Source of the DNA: Amoebophrya sp. A120
Taxonomy: Eukaryota > Protista > Dinoflagellata
Length of the DNA: 64,000 bases
Direction: 5' to 3'
NCBI GenBank assembly: GCA_905178155.1
Contig: CAJINV010000018.1
Location: 600,609 to 664,608 of the forward strand
The notes under the pieces were generated by a model. The model saw only the letters and a list, made by a program, of their open reading frames with translations, did no database searches and was not told the DNA's origin. The position numbers and the translations under genes were made by a program. Of the stretch, positions 13,591-25,800 are shown in pieces (positions within the stretch are counted from its first letter, which is position 1; every line of letters starts with the position of its first letter).

Positions 13591-15699
13591 GAGTGGGGTA
13601 ACAATGAAATCCTTATCCGCCCCCGCGGCGGATAAGCCGGGGGGGGGCCCCCCCCCCCGGCTTATCCGCCGGCGGGCTGTCCGGGAATAGGCCCTATGAA
13701 TTGGCCCGGCCCCGGCGCCGCTGGGGTGAGCCCGAGGGACCCCGGGCCGGCACAGACACAGCACGCCGTTGGTGCTTACGGTTTAAGTAATACGCAGGGG
13801 GCTGCCAAACGTCGGCGACGTTTTTTTTGTTGCTCTACCAATCCCGGTGGTGCGACGGTCGCACCACCGGGATTGGTAGAGCAACAAAACAAAGAGACAC
13901 GGCAGGCCAATTGTTATCACGCAAGCAAAACAAGGCGGAAAGGCGTGGCTTTGGGAATTCACACAAAGAAAATAAAGAGCCAGGTCAGCACTTGCAGAAG
14001 CAGAAGGCGTATAAAAGCCCTGAAAACGATAAAAGACTGGCTCTGGATGTTGTTGCCCTTCCTCTTGTTTTCGTTTAGCATGCGCCCGCTGGATTCGAAT
14101 CCTCGGGAACGAGGTTGGTCAACAGAGGCCCGGGCTTTGCATGTCGGGGCCTCTCTGGGGGGGGTTTGTCAATAGAAGCCCGGGCTTCATCACGTTGCAG
14201 ACAATAGATACATACACACAGACCGAGTCCGACAGCGTGCCATGCAAACAAGGCAGGGCGCCAAGCCTCACGCGTACAGGCTGGGGTTGGTTGCAGGTGT
14301 AAGCGCCTTGCTGGTTTTGGGAGCTACGTACCCACAAGCCCCGACAGCTACCAATGCGCACCTAAAACACGTCTCGCGTGAAATCAGTACCAAGCCCGCA
14401 GCCGCGTGGCGTGGCGGCCGGGGTGTCGAGAGTGAGCCAGCGCGGGGGCGGTAGCTGGTAGCAGGCCGCGACCTGCCTAGAGCCACAGTCAACCCGTCGC
14501 GCAGGGCCCCGGAGCCTGTGCGGTGGGGAGACCTCACTGGGGCCCGAGACGGGAACGGGAAAACCTGTAATGGGAACCGAGACAATCTCATTGGGCCCCG
14601 GGGCCTGTCTCGCATCACTTCGGTCGCCCGGGCGGGAATTTGTGCCGCGCCGGAAATCCAGAGTGAGCGCATTGGCCGGCGGCGGGCGGCACGAAAAAAA
14701 AGCCGGGGAACAAAAGTAGAGCCTGCGATGCTGTCGCCCACGTCGCAGCGCAGCTGCTTAAATTAATACTGCCGCGGCGGAAGCCGAAGCTATTCGCGCT
14801 GCGGCAAGCATGTCTGTGCGTCACCAGCACGGCCCGGCCCGAAGCCCAGGAAATGGCTGCCCAACCTCGGACCTGTCGCGAGGGAATATAAGTCGAGCAC
14901 ACCGCCGGGGGTAATTTTACCACCGATGGCGCCCCACATTTATAAGACGCGGGGCCTGGGTCAGCAGCAATGGGCGCGGTTGCGGCCTGTTTCGGTGCGT
15001 GGGCCCATTACAAAAAGAACGCAGGGGAACCCATGGCGAGCGGCGGGCTTGTGTCTGCACAGGCGCACGCCACCCACACCCTTCGAAGGCGGGCGCGCGC
15101 GAGATAAAACCCTCGGCCCACTGTGTTTCTCGCTTCGGACCCTAAGCCGCTACCCGCGGGCATGCCCAAGCAAGAGCAGGGCGGCATGGCCTGGCAAGTA
15201 AGTACACAGCCCGAAGGAAGTAGGCGAGGAAGCTCGGCGGCCCCCGCGCTGCACATGGAAGGAGTTTACTTCTGTGAGGCAGGTTCTGGGCCTGGTCTTG
15301 TGTGCCCGTTGCTTGCTATCTGCTGGGCCGTTTCTTGCGCGGCGAATTTCCCAAGCTTTTTCCCTTTTTGCGTGGCAATTGAGTCAATATCTGCTGGCGA
15401 GTTTTTGAAAGTCCAAAGCAGCCCCGCCAGTGTGGAGGCTTCAATTGCTGCGCCTGCTACTTTCAAAGAAACATCACAAAGACCGGCGGCGTCATGCCGT
15501 CAGTCTTTGTGGTGTTTCAAAATCTGCCCACAACATGCCGGGTGCTGTCGGCATATCCGGGTCCTCCACACGATGGTGGCGCCCGGCCACTTTGTTGTGG
15601 CAATGCCGGCACGGCCCGCCGGCGGATAAGGCGGGGGGGGGGGCCCCCCCCGGCTTATCCGCCGCGGGGGCGGATAAGGATTTCATTGTTACCCCACTC
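13591..15699. mobile_element. Non-autonomous PIF/Harbinger-like TIR transposon (2109 bp)
   Basis: Near-perfect TIRs of about 85 bp starting GAGTGGGGTAACAATGAAATCCTTATCCGCC, flanked by TAA at 13588-13590 and 15700-15702. A 3-bp TAA/TWA TSD is typical of PIF/Harbinger. No transposase ORF recognised. Confidence 0.8.
13825..13889. repeat. Perfect 65-bp palindrome (32-bp arms, 1-nt spacer)
   Basis: TTTTGTTGCTCTACCAATCCCGGTGGTGCGAC-G-GTCGCACCACCGGGATTGGTAGAGCAACAAAA. Confidence 0.95.
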
Positions 15700-16824
15700 T
15701 AACCAGGGACATGATCAAAGAAAGCTGTACAAAGATAATTTTTTTCATAACAAAACGAAACTCGAGCAAGAAAAGAAATTTTCATCCCCGCCGAAAAAGC
15801 TCCAACTACCTCTTCAGCCGCAGCTTAGAATACCAGTCCTACAAGCCGGGCAAGACAGGCAAAAGCTACAAGCTGTCGCGACACGTTGAAAGCCTTCTGA
15901 CAGTGAAGAAAGGATTTGTTGTTGATTACTGCGAAACTGATTTTGAAAAGTGGTGCTGCCGATTCTAGGGAGGCGAAAAGGCAGCTAGAATTATTTTCAT
16001 AGTGTAGTTCTCGAAAACAAAGCAAGTCTGATTCACCGCATAGAATAAATTATGTAGAAAGATAGCCATTAACAATTCTTACTGTACTTTTTTCGTACCA
16101 CTTGTTTTACTGCAAGGTCATCAACACTGAAGTCGAGAGGTGCTGATCACGACCATGCGTAAAAATAATTACACAGAAATAGACGGAGTTCTGAATTGAT
16201 GTCTGATTCTGAATAATTGCCGTGCTGGTCGTGTGAGAGAGACTGGGTCGTAGTAGTGCAAACCAGGCTCAAACACACGAGTGTAATAGATTGTAACTCG
16301 AATATAAGAATAGAATTCGGAAATAATTTACCTGTAAGAATAGAATGGAAACAAACATAAAAGCTCAAATATGTGTAAAATTTAACTCCACCGATAGTAA
16401 AAATTAGCAGTTGCTTGTCAAGGCGTCTGATATTTGATTTTTTACTATAAATAGCTGTGTGCAACTGCGATCTAGATACTGAAACTTTTTCCAACTGCTC
16501 AAACCTTTTAGTTTTACTCCTCAAGCACTATAAATTTTTTTTCCAGAGTAGAAATGAATTTGAGGTCTTCATAACAAAATCGGATTAGCAGCACCGTGGC
16601 TTGTAGTTTGACGCTGTTCAGTTGAGTTCTGATGTGCTAAATCCTGTCTCTTTTAACAAGAGCTTGTCACGTTTCGACAAAGACGGAACCACGAAAAGTG
16701 AAAGTCGTCTTCATCTCCTTGTGATTTACCTTGTGGAAGTAATCTTTTTCATGATCTGCTGTTAGATTTTTTTGCTCTTCTCCTTCCCCGCTGGCAAAAT
16801 CGTGATCTCTCACTCTCTCTACTT

Positions 16825-19800
16825 CTACATCGAGATACCGATATCCAGAATCATCGCGACCCCGCCCAGGATCCACTTCTGCGGCGGCTGCTTGGTGCGC
16901 AACTGGGCCAAGAAGACGAAATCCGGGCGGCGGCCGGGCGTGCAGTAGGTCGGGCACATGTAGACGTTCTTTTCCTCGCGGTCCAGCGCCAGGCCCGCCT
17001 TACAGATGATGACCGGCATCTTGCAGAACATCTCCTTCGGCTTTGACTCCTCCATGGAGTTGGTGTTCGTATCCCACCTCGCTTATCAACTGTAAAAATG
17101 TCTGGGTCTGAAAGATTGCAACTTGTCATGCTGCTTTTGGACTCTAAAAAAATTTGTATTGCACCATGACCAGCAAGAGGGGTGCACTTTGTGCCACACG
17201 ACGGATAGGGCTGCATTTCTCATGCGGTAGAGGTATCATAAAGCGGTCTAAAAATCTGTGATGCTGCGGCATGCATATTACAGACATCACGGCTCATGGA
17301 AAATATGCATGACGAATCTAAGAAATCTTCCAGACCCAGACACTTTTGCAATCCATAGCGCTCCCTCCAGGAACAGCCCGCACACGTAGCACCCGTCGCG
17401 CGCGTGGGCGTCCACTTGGCCCTTCTCGCGCTTGGTGACTTCCGTGAACGTGTATCCACAGTAAATTTCCTGTACACGTACAAATGCTGTCTCTGCATGA
17501 CAAAATTTGCCTTCAGTCCTAGTCTAGCATGACAAGTTGGACACTTCTGCAAGTTAGCAAAATTTGTCATGCGTTTTGTACATGTACGGGAAATTTACAT
17601 TGCATAACATGTCCAGTTTGTCCAGCTCCAGCTGCTGCTGCTGACAGCACAGCTGCTTGATCGTATGAACTGCAAAAGTATCGTACTCGTATAAATGCAA
17701 GTCTTGCATTACAAATCTTGTCCCCAAGGCAAATCTGCATTACAAATTTTATTTCTGATGCTAAGGAAATTTGTAATGCTAATGCATTCATACGAGTACG
17801 ATACTTTTGCAATGCATAGATCGCGGTCAGGAAGGATCTCGGGTTGAAGAACTTCGCAATGTCGACGACCTGTTTGTTGTGGGTGAGGCCGGAAGATGGA
17901 GATGGAAGTATCAGCACTGCACCCTTTTGGCATCACAAATATTTTCCGCGCAAATCGTCATACAATAATTACAAACATATTACACGACGAGGAGTTTCTT
18001 TATGCATCACAAACTCCTATTTCACCTTCAGCTTCTTCACTACTTCAATCAAACATTACTCTTATTTGAAGCAATCAATCTGTACCTTCGGAATCGTGAG
18101 CGGGTCGCCAATCCAGTCGTTCAGCTGTTCGCAACGCTCCTTCAAGTTGGACAGCCAGTTTGCCAAGTTTCGCGTGGTCGGGAACCCGAGTTTCTGCCAC
18201 CGCGGCGCGATCTTCTCCTTGAACAGGGAATCCGCTAGCGCTTCCATCTGTTCGGACATCTGCAGCTCACCCTTGAAACCCAACTGCAGTTCGCCCAAGC
18301 CGCGGACCATCTCGCCGATCAGGTTGTTCATGTTCTGACACTCCTGCAGGAAGACGAACTGGTAGGGCCCCTTCTCCTCCTCGCTCATGCCCTTGCTCGT
18401 GTCCTCCACCGCGAACCGGATCTCCTTGATCTCCTCGAAGATCTCGTTGCACAGCTGCTCCGCGATCTGCATGGGAGACGCGGTGGCGCCGTCGCCATCA
18501 CCCGCAGCTTCTTTGGGTCGGAGATTTTGCAGCGTGTCGAACATGAGATTACATTGCGTCGTGCGGAATCCGATCTCGGCGTTCGGGTGCATCCCGTAGA
18601 AGAGCGGGGATTCTGCTGGCATGGTTTCCAAGTGTTCCACCACTTTCTCGTGCGGAGAACCAGACGCAGGGGTGAACCAGACCAGCTTGTTATCGCAGTA
18701 GGGAACAAGTTGGAGCTCATCGAGAATGTCATCGCGCATGAAGTAGGCGAGATACGTTGCACACAGCCGGCGATCGTAATCATCGACGATATGTCCACCG
18801 TACATAATCTCGCCGAAGATGTATCGGAGATCATCCCACGGGATTTTCGCGGAAGAGGAGCCCTCGAGGTAGTTGTACAGGACAGAAGCGGAATCGCGCA
18901 AGTCACCGTTCGAGAACGGGTACATCATGTTGTAGCCCATGGGCCCGAACTTCTTCCGCTCCAACATGATCGCATGGAAGTGGCACAGACCGAACAGAAT
19001 CGCCTTGACCTTCGCGTCGCGGTCGTCGAAGTCCTCCTTTGTAAATAAAGCGAACGCGCGGCGGAGATTCGCTTGCAGGCCCTGCGGTGGTTCGTTGGTC
19101 AGTTTGATAGACCGCTCGAGAATACCCGGTGGAATACCGTTCGACGGATCGGCGGAGAGGAACAAGCGGAAGTTCGGGTGCGAACCCTCGATGGCCATGT
19201 TATCGAGGGTCTTCTCCAGAACTTTACACCACGACGGCATCAAGTGCACGTTCTGCAACATAACCCAATGTCCCTCCTTGTGGCCCATGTCCAGCTTCGC
19301 CATGGCGACCACGTCCTGCCCCTGTCCCATCGCGACATTGTGGTAATTCACGTTGGGCTGCAAGCCGATCATTTTGCGACCCATCGCCTCGACCTCCTTC
19401 ACCGGATCCGCACCTTGCGACAGAATGAAGAAGATCGGCACCGTGTTGGTAGAATCCTCGAAGGAATTGGATAACACCGTGAAAAAGGAGCTGGACCCGT
19501 CGCAGAAGACGTACTCCTTTCCGTTCGGCAAAGCGTTCACGATCCATTCGGTCAAAGCAATCGTCATCCGGTCAGGACGAAGGCAGCGCAAGACGAGCAA
19601 TTTCTGGAACGGAACCTGCTCGAGCTTCTTCCAGTCCAGCGGTAACTTCACATCTTCTGGCGCGAGCTCGTTGCACCACTCGCGAAACCGATTCGGGGCG
19701 TCCTTCTCCATGTTCTGCGCAAAAGAATCGAATCCCTCCAGGTCCACGAGCTTGTTGACAGCGAACCATGCAGTGTTCGGCAACCATTCGGCAATTGGGT

Positions 19801-22800
19801 TTTCGATGCCCGGCTTGACAGGACCCTTCAGCAAAAAGTCCATGTAGGTGGCGTTGTAATCCTCATTCAGAGCACCCTTCTGAAACAATTGGAAGGTCAA
19901 TAACGCACAGAAAATCAGCTTGTGCCTCTCGAAGAGCCCTCGATTCACCCACCGGAACACGACCATGCGGATGGTGTCGATCAAGTGCAGCGCACGGACC
20001 CGAGTATCCTCGTCCTGTGGCGCTTTGTCGATTGCTTTTTCCAAGAAGCCACGGAACGCGTCAAGACTGTACTGGTACATGTGCTCGACGAAGCACAGTT
20101 GGATGATCAAAAAGAACAACATGGAGCCCTCGGCCGCGGCCGGACGGTACATTTCGCGGGACTCATTGATCTTGATCTCGGTCGCAACCGCGATTTTCAC
20201 CTGAGATAATTTCATTGAAGAGGTGGAAGGAGAGCTGTTTGATTGTAACTTACACTTGCTATGGAACGGACTCTCAATGCATGAGTGTGCGAGGTTTGCG
20301 ATTTTTTTAAGTAAATGCAAAAAGAATGACCACCACACAAAAAAAAAACACTGAAGTACCTGCTCGTTGATCTCGGCCGAGGTGGCTTTCGTCACTTCCA
20401 GACCTTCAATCAGTGGCATGTTTTCCAAAATCGTGGCCGGATCCGCCGCGGACAGCTGAGCGAGAAGGTCGTCCTCCAATTGGGACAGGGTCACCTTGAA
20501 TTCGTTTTGCTTCCTGACCAGTTCCTGTTTCTTTTGTTCCAGCTCCGGCTTCTCGATGTTGACGACAATAGCCAAAATCTGGTCCTCGAGACCGGACGGC
20601 GTTACGATGAAGTTGATGATGGTACACTGGGCCGCGATCTCCGGGCGGTAGTGCGGGTTGGCCAGTTTGGACTGCAAAAACAGCTTGAACTTCGGGTCGT
20701 ACTCGACCTCTTCACCACCGAGCTTGATGATAAACTGCGAGCGGCCGCGCTTGATGACCGCACGCCCGAGCAGCGGCTCGAGGATCGCGTCGATTTCGGA
20801 CCCGACGGCTTCGATCAGCAGGGTGAGACCCATAGAAATCGTGTACACCACCTTGTTCAGCCAGTTGTTCTGGGTCAGTTGAATCGTGGTCAAGTCCTCG
20901 CCGAACCGCTGCTTAATCCACTTCACCCCCTGCAGCTGCGGATCGATCATCAACGGCCAACGGGCACAAGACACGATCACGGAGGCGTTCTCCAGCGAGA
21001 CTCGGTCGGCGGGGAGCCCCTCGTTAGCCCAGCCAGCCATCTCGGCCTCATTGGTCAAGACCTGTGTGGACAAATTGCGGCGTATGCAAAAAATTTATGA
21101 AGTATTTCTCCTTTACTCGCGCATAGGGCGCCGTAACTTTACTGCGTACTAAGACAGATCATCTGCATCTCATGGACAACGTCCAACTAGTCTGTCAGTT
21201 TTGAATTCCAAATCTTTATTGCGGTAGATACCTTCAACGGATCCACCCCCTTCGAAATCGGGATCTTTCGCCCTTCGATATCGGGAATCCATTGGTTCTT
21301 CCACAGGTCCAAACGGAAATTGGACGAAAATGGCGAAATGTAACCGACAAACTCGGAAGCGAGTAAACAATCGCCGATCAACAGAAGGCCTAACTCCTTC
21401 AAGTCCTTCACCGTGTTGGTCCAACGCTTGTACTCATCCGCCAACCCGTTCACCAAGCGTTCCGCCAGACCGAGCTTCTCCAAACAAGCCGCCGCTTGCG
21501 CCTCGACCGCTTCTTTCTCGGACACGGCGTTGCTCAACGTTTCGTTCAAGCTTGCGACTTTCTCTTCCACCTCTTTGACCCGCGCCATGACAATCGCTAG
21601 ACTCGCTTCGGCCTTCTCTTTCGTTTCCGTTGCGATGCGGACCTTCTCCATCAACGGCGCCACCTTCTTGTAGATCTTATTGTACCCGACAATGTTGATC
21701 ACCCAGTTGGTCAAGTAAGCCGCGGCGGTGGACTTCCCCTTCATGATGTCGTAGGTGAAGAATGGCTGCGCAAGCACCGGCTCAACATTCTTCAGTGCCT
21801 CGTCCGGAATGTTGTTGGCATCGAACGCGAAGATCTCATCCAAAAACGCCCCAGGATTGTTCATCATCTTCTGCGCGCCCTTCCAGTCGAGCTTCTTCTT
21901 CTCGTTCTTCAGCAAAAACGCGCACGCTGCACACACGTCGATACACTCGACCGGCGGCTTACCGAGCGACTTCAACTCCTGGATGGCCGGCTTGGTCAGG
22001 CAGTTCACCGCTTCCTTGGCAGCCTCCATCGCGGGCATAGCCTCGGACAATTCCCCATCCGCCTGCGCTTTCACCGCCGCTGCGTCCGCGGCCAGAGCGT
22101 TCGTCTTCTCAGCTTCTTCGTTCGCTGCGGCCTTCTCGATGTTTGCCTTATCCGTGGCCTCGGTGACCTGTGCGATCAGCGCATCAGTGGCGGTTTTATT
22201 TTCCTCGACTTGCACCATGGTCACCTTTAGATCCTCTTTCAAACCCTCGACTTTCTCCTGCACCTGTTCCATAATAGTCAGACCTTTCTCCAACCGCTCG
22301 AAATTGACCGTCACCTTGGCCTGACGGTCTTTCAACATGACCATGTAGAACGCAATGAGCTCCAAAAAAGACTTGGGTGTCGTGTAATTGTAGCGACGCT
22401 CCTGCGCAAGGTAGCGCGCATTCGCCACATCAATCGACAAGTGCACCTCCGCCATGTTATCACACACCGCGGACATCATCTCATCCGTGGGAAAGTTGCC
22501 ACTGTCGATCATCGGTTCTAAGAACCGGGCAGCGACACCCTGCAATGCGTCCCGCGGCCACGCCATGAACTCGTCAACTACCATGCACGAGATCAACGCC
22601 GGGAATTTGCGCCCACGAATTCGGAAGTCGTCACCGACCGGCGAATGGCACAAAATCATGTGCAGGTTCTTCCTGACCCGATCTAGGAAGTATTGAAACA
22701 GTGCGTCGCGGTCGTCGGGTACGCCGGCGGCCTTCGCGAGGTTGCGGATCGCGCCCAGGTGGGCGTCGTACTCCTCGCGGGTGAACAGATCCGGAATGTT

Positions 22801-25800
22801 ACCGGAGGAAAGCATGTCGTTCAAGTAAACGAGAAATCGCTCGTCCGCGATCTGCCCATCCGTCATCAGGAACGCGTGCGGCGTCCCAGGCTTCACCGCG
22901 GCCTTCTTGTAGAACTCCTGCAGGTCGAGCTTCAACTCCGCCATCCCGTAGGATTGATTGACCAAAATACGAACCACAGTGATTTGCATGATGAAGCAGG
23001 ACAGGTACGAGAGCGACTGCTTACCTGAACCACCGACACCAACGAGAAGCGCGTGGCCGCATGGGAAGTCGATGATGCGACAAATACGGGAAATGTGCTT
23101 CATGGCGTCCTCGAAGAGCACCAGGTTCATGGCGGCGTTGGCCTCATTGTACTGGCGCAGCTGGTCTTCCAACGTCGTGCGTAGAGCCGCCATGTCCTTG
23201 ATCGGCAAGTAGACCTTATCATTCCCGCCCGCCACCGCCATGAACGTGGTCCAGATCAACGGCTCTTGGAACATTTCGTCCTTGGGCACGATCGCAGCGA
23301 TGTGCTTTCCATGGACTTTCTCCAGAATCGCCTGCAACTCCGCAACGTCGGAGTGCGAGACAAGTCGATCCCCGAACACCCGGTTTGCTTCGTGGAGCCA
23401 GCAGCGCGCCATCTTCGCCGGCCCATCTTTGAACATGGCCGGGTTCGTGAATACGATTCCCTGAAAGATGTTGGCCGCGTCCTTTAAGTTGAACTGGTAG
23501 TGGAACTTAGCAGCAGAGGGCAAGAAGCACGGGGTATTCAAAATGTTCTGCAGCACATCAACTGTCGCCTGCACCAGCACTGGCCCAAGGTCTTGAATGT
23601 TTTTCGGGAAGCCCTGCTTAAAGTGATTATCCACAATCGGCCCGTAAACGCCCTTGATGGACTCCGCGGTGGGTAGGAAGGTCGTCACCACAGTGAAGTG
23701 CCTTTGGAGCCTGTCGTTGATCATGAAAGAACCGGCCTTGGGGTTCATGCAGCACACGAACTGAATATCCTGCAGGTCCTTTTTGATGGAAAAATCATCA
23801 CGGTCGTAGATCTGCATGTAGGAGAGCATTTGCAGCAGCAACATGGCACCGGATTGCGTGTCGTACTTGTCCATCGCCGGCATGTTCAAGTCATCGACGA
23901 AGAAGATGCATTTTTTGTTGCTCGGCGGACCATAGGTTCGGCCCGTCCGCTTGTCCAAAGATCCGACCAAAATCGACTGGAAGGCGTACGAAGATGTGTA
24001 ACTGTTGTTGCAAATCGTGGAGGACATCATGTCGTCGCGGCGGATCTTCACTTCTGTCAAGTAGTCCTTGACGATCGTGGTCTTCCCCGTACCGGGCACA
24101 CCCACGTACAAAACTGGTTTATACCGGCTGATGTGCAAGTCGAGCACGTACTTGTACTTCTCGATGTCGACGCCGGACACCACGATGTTCTGGTACATCA
24201 CTTCGATGCCCGGAATCGGCTCATAGGGCTTGACAAAGTTCTCCCAGTGCACCCACTCCTTGTTCACCGTGTCGAACCGGTAGTCTTCGGGATTCCCAGC
24301 CTCGGGGTACTTTACTTTGGCGATGCCCTTGTAGAAGGAGCCCCAGGCCTTACGATAGTTAGTCACTTTGTCATCCGCGACGGATGCGCCGATGGCCCAG
24401 TTCATGGCGTAGATGAAGTAGGCCTCGTACACAAGCTTCTGATCGTCGACAGACATCTGCTTCAAAGCTTCCATGTTTTCCTTTGAGTTGTTGTTCAATA
24501 GAGCGTCAATCATGCACGTGATGGACTGGATGAAGCCCATGTCGAGCAGCGGGCACGAGAAGGCGAACATTTTACGGATGGAGTCGATGTTCGCCTCGAA
24601 GTAATTCGCGAACAACAGGTAAAACGTCGACTGCGCAACCTGATCTAGGTTTTCACGCCACGACTCCATAAAAGGCTTCCAGCCCACATCGGTCTCGTTG
24701 ATGAACAGCACACCACCGCGGGAAACGGTTGCGGGAGACGCGTGCTTCATGTTCTCGATCTCGAGCAACATTCGCATGGTGGGCGCGAACGCGATACGTT
24801 CGTTGGAGACCAGCGTGAGCACCTTGTTGTCATCCATCACCGTGTTCATCGACTCGATCCACTCCGCATCAATGTCGCCATCAAGGATGACCCAGCGGTG
24901 GAGATGGATTGGTTTGTACCTGATAAGGGTTTGCTATATTTCATAACTGTAGCATTTTTGCAATAAACAGAATTATCGTTTGCCCTTGAAAAAGAACGTG
25001 CCTAAGCATGTTTTGGTTTTGCATGATTGGTTCAAATCATGATCAAAAAAATTTATAATCATCTGGAAAAATGCTATACCCGTTCATCTCCTTGCTCATG
25101 TTCCGCATCACAACCGCGATGGCACCATCCTTCCACTCCTTGGTCTTCGACATGGAGCCGTACAACTCGGAGTGCGTAATCGCCTTCGGGTTAATCTGTT
25201 CCCACAAACCCTCCTGGCCGATTTCCTTGACCGAAGCCATCAACGACTTCCACACCTCCGTCTTGGAGCAGCCACCGGGACCAATAATGAAGCAGCAGTG
25301 ACGCACAAACAGGATATCAAGCAGGCCGACCACCTTGACGACGAAGGAGGAGTCCGTTTGCAAACCGCGTTTCTTGATCACGCCCGCGCACACCTTGGTG
25401 AATTCGACATCCACGAAGGGGTCCGGCCACACGCCGGTGAACAGATCCTTGATCAAGCGCAGGAAGATCGGCATGTCCATGGTCGTAATCTTCGGAGTGT
25501 TGAAGTCACGCAGCGCACGGCACAGCACCGGGTTTTCATCCGCATCGGGTTCCTTCCGCTTGAGCTTCCCCGCCTGACGCAGCAGCGATTTGACCGCACG
25601 CAGACCCCAATCGTAGTGCATCTGCTTGGACAGCAGTGCCGCGGACAGACCATACAAAGTCACGAATTTACGCGACAGCGGACGGGCAATCACGAATCCC
25701 TCACTCATCAACATGTTCTCGCAGATGAAGGTCAAGTCCGGCACGATCATGGCGCAGGAGCGGAACAACGCCTTCAGGTTCTCCGGTAGTTCCGTCCGCC

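Noticed and set aside
14075-14125. tRNA-like GGATTCGAATCC box
   Set aside because: No cloverleaf or acceptor stem can be built.
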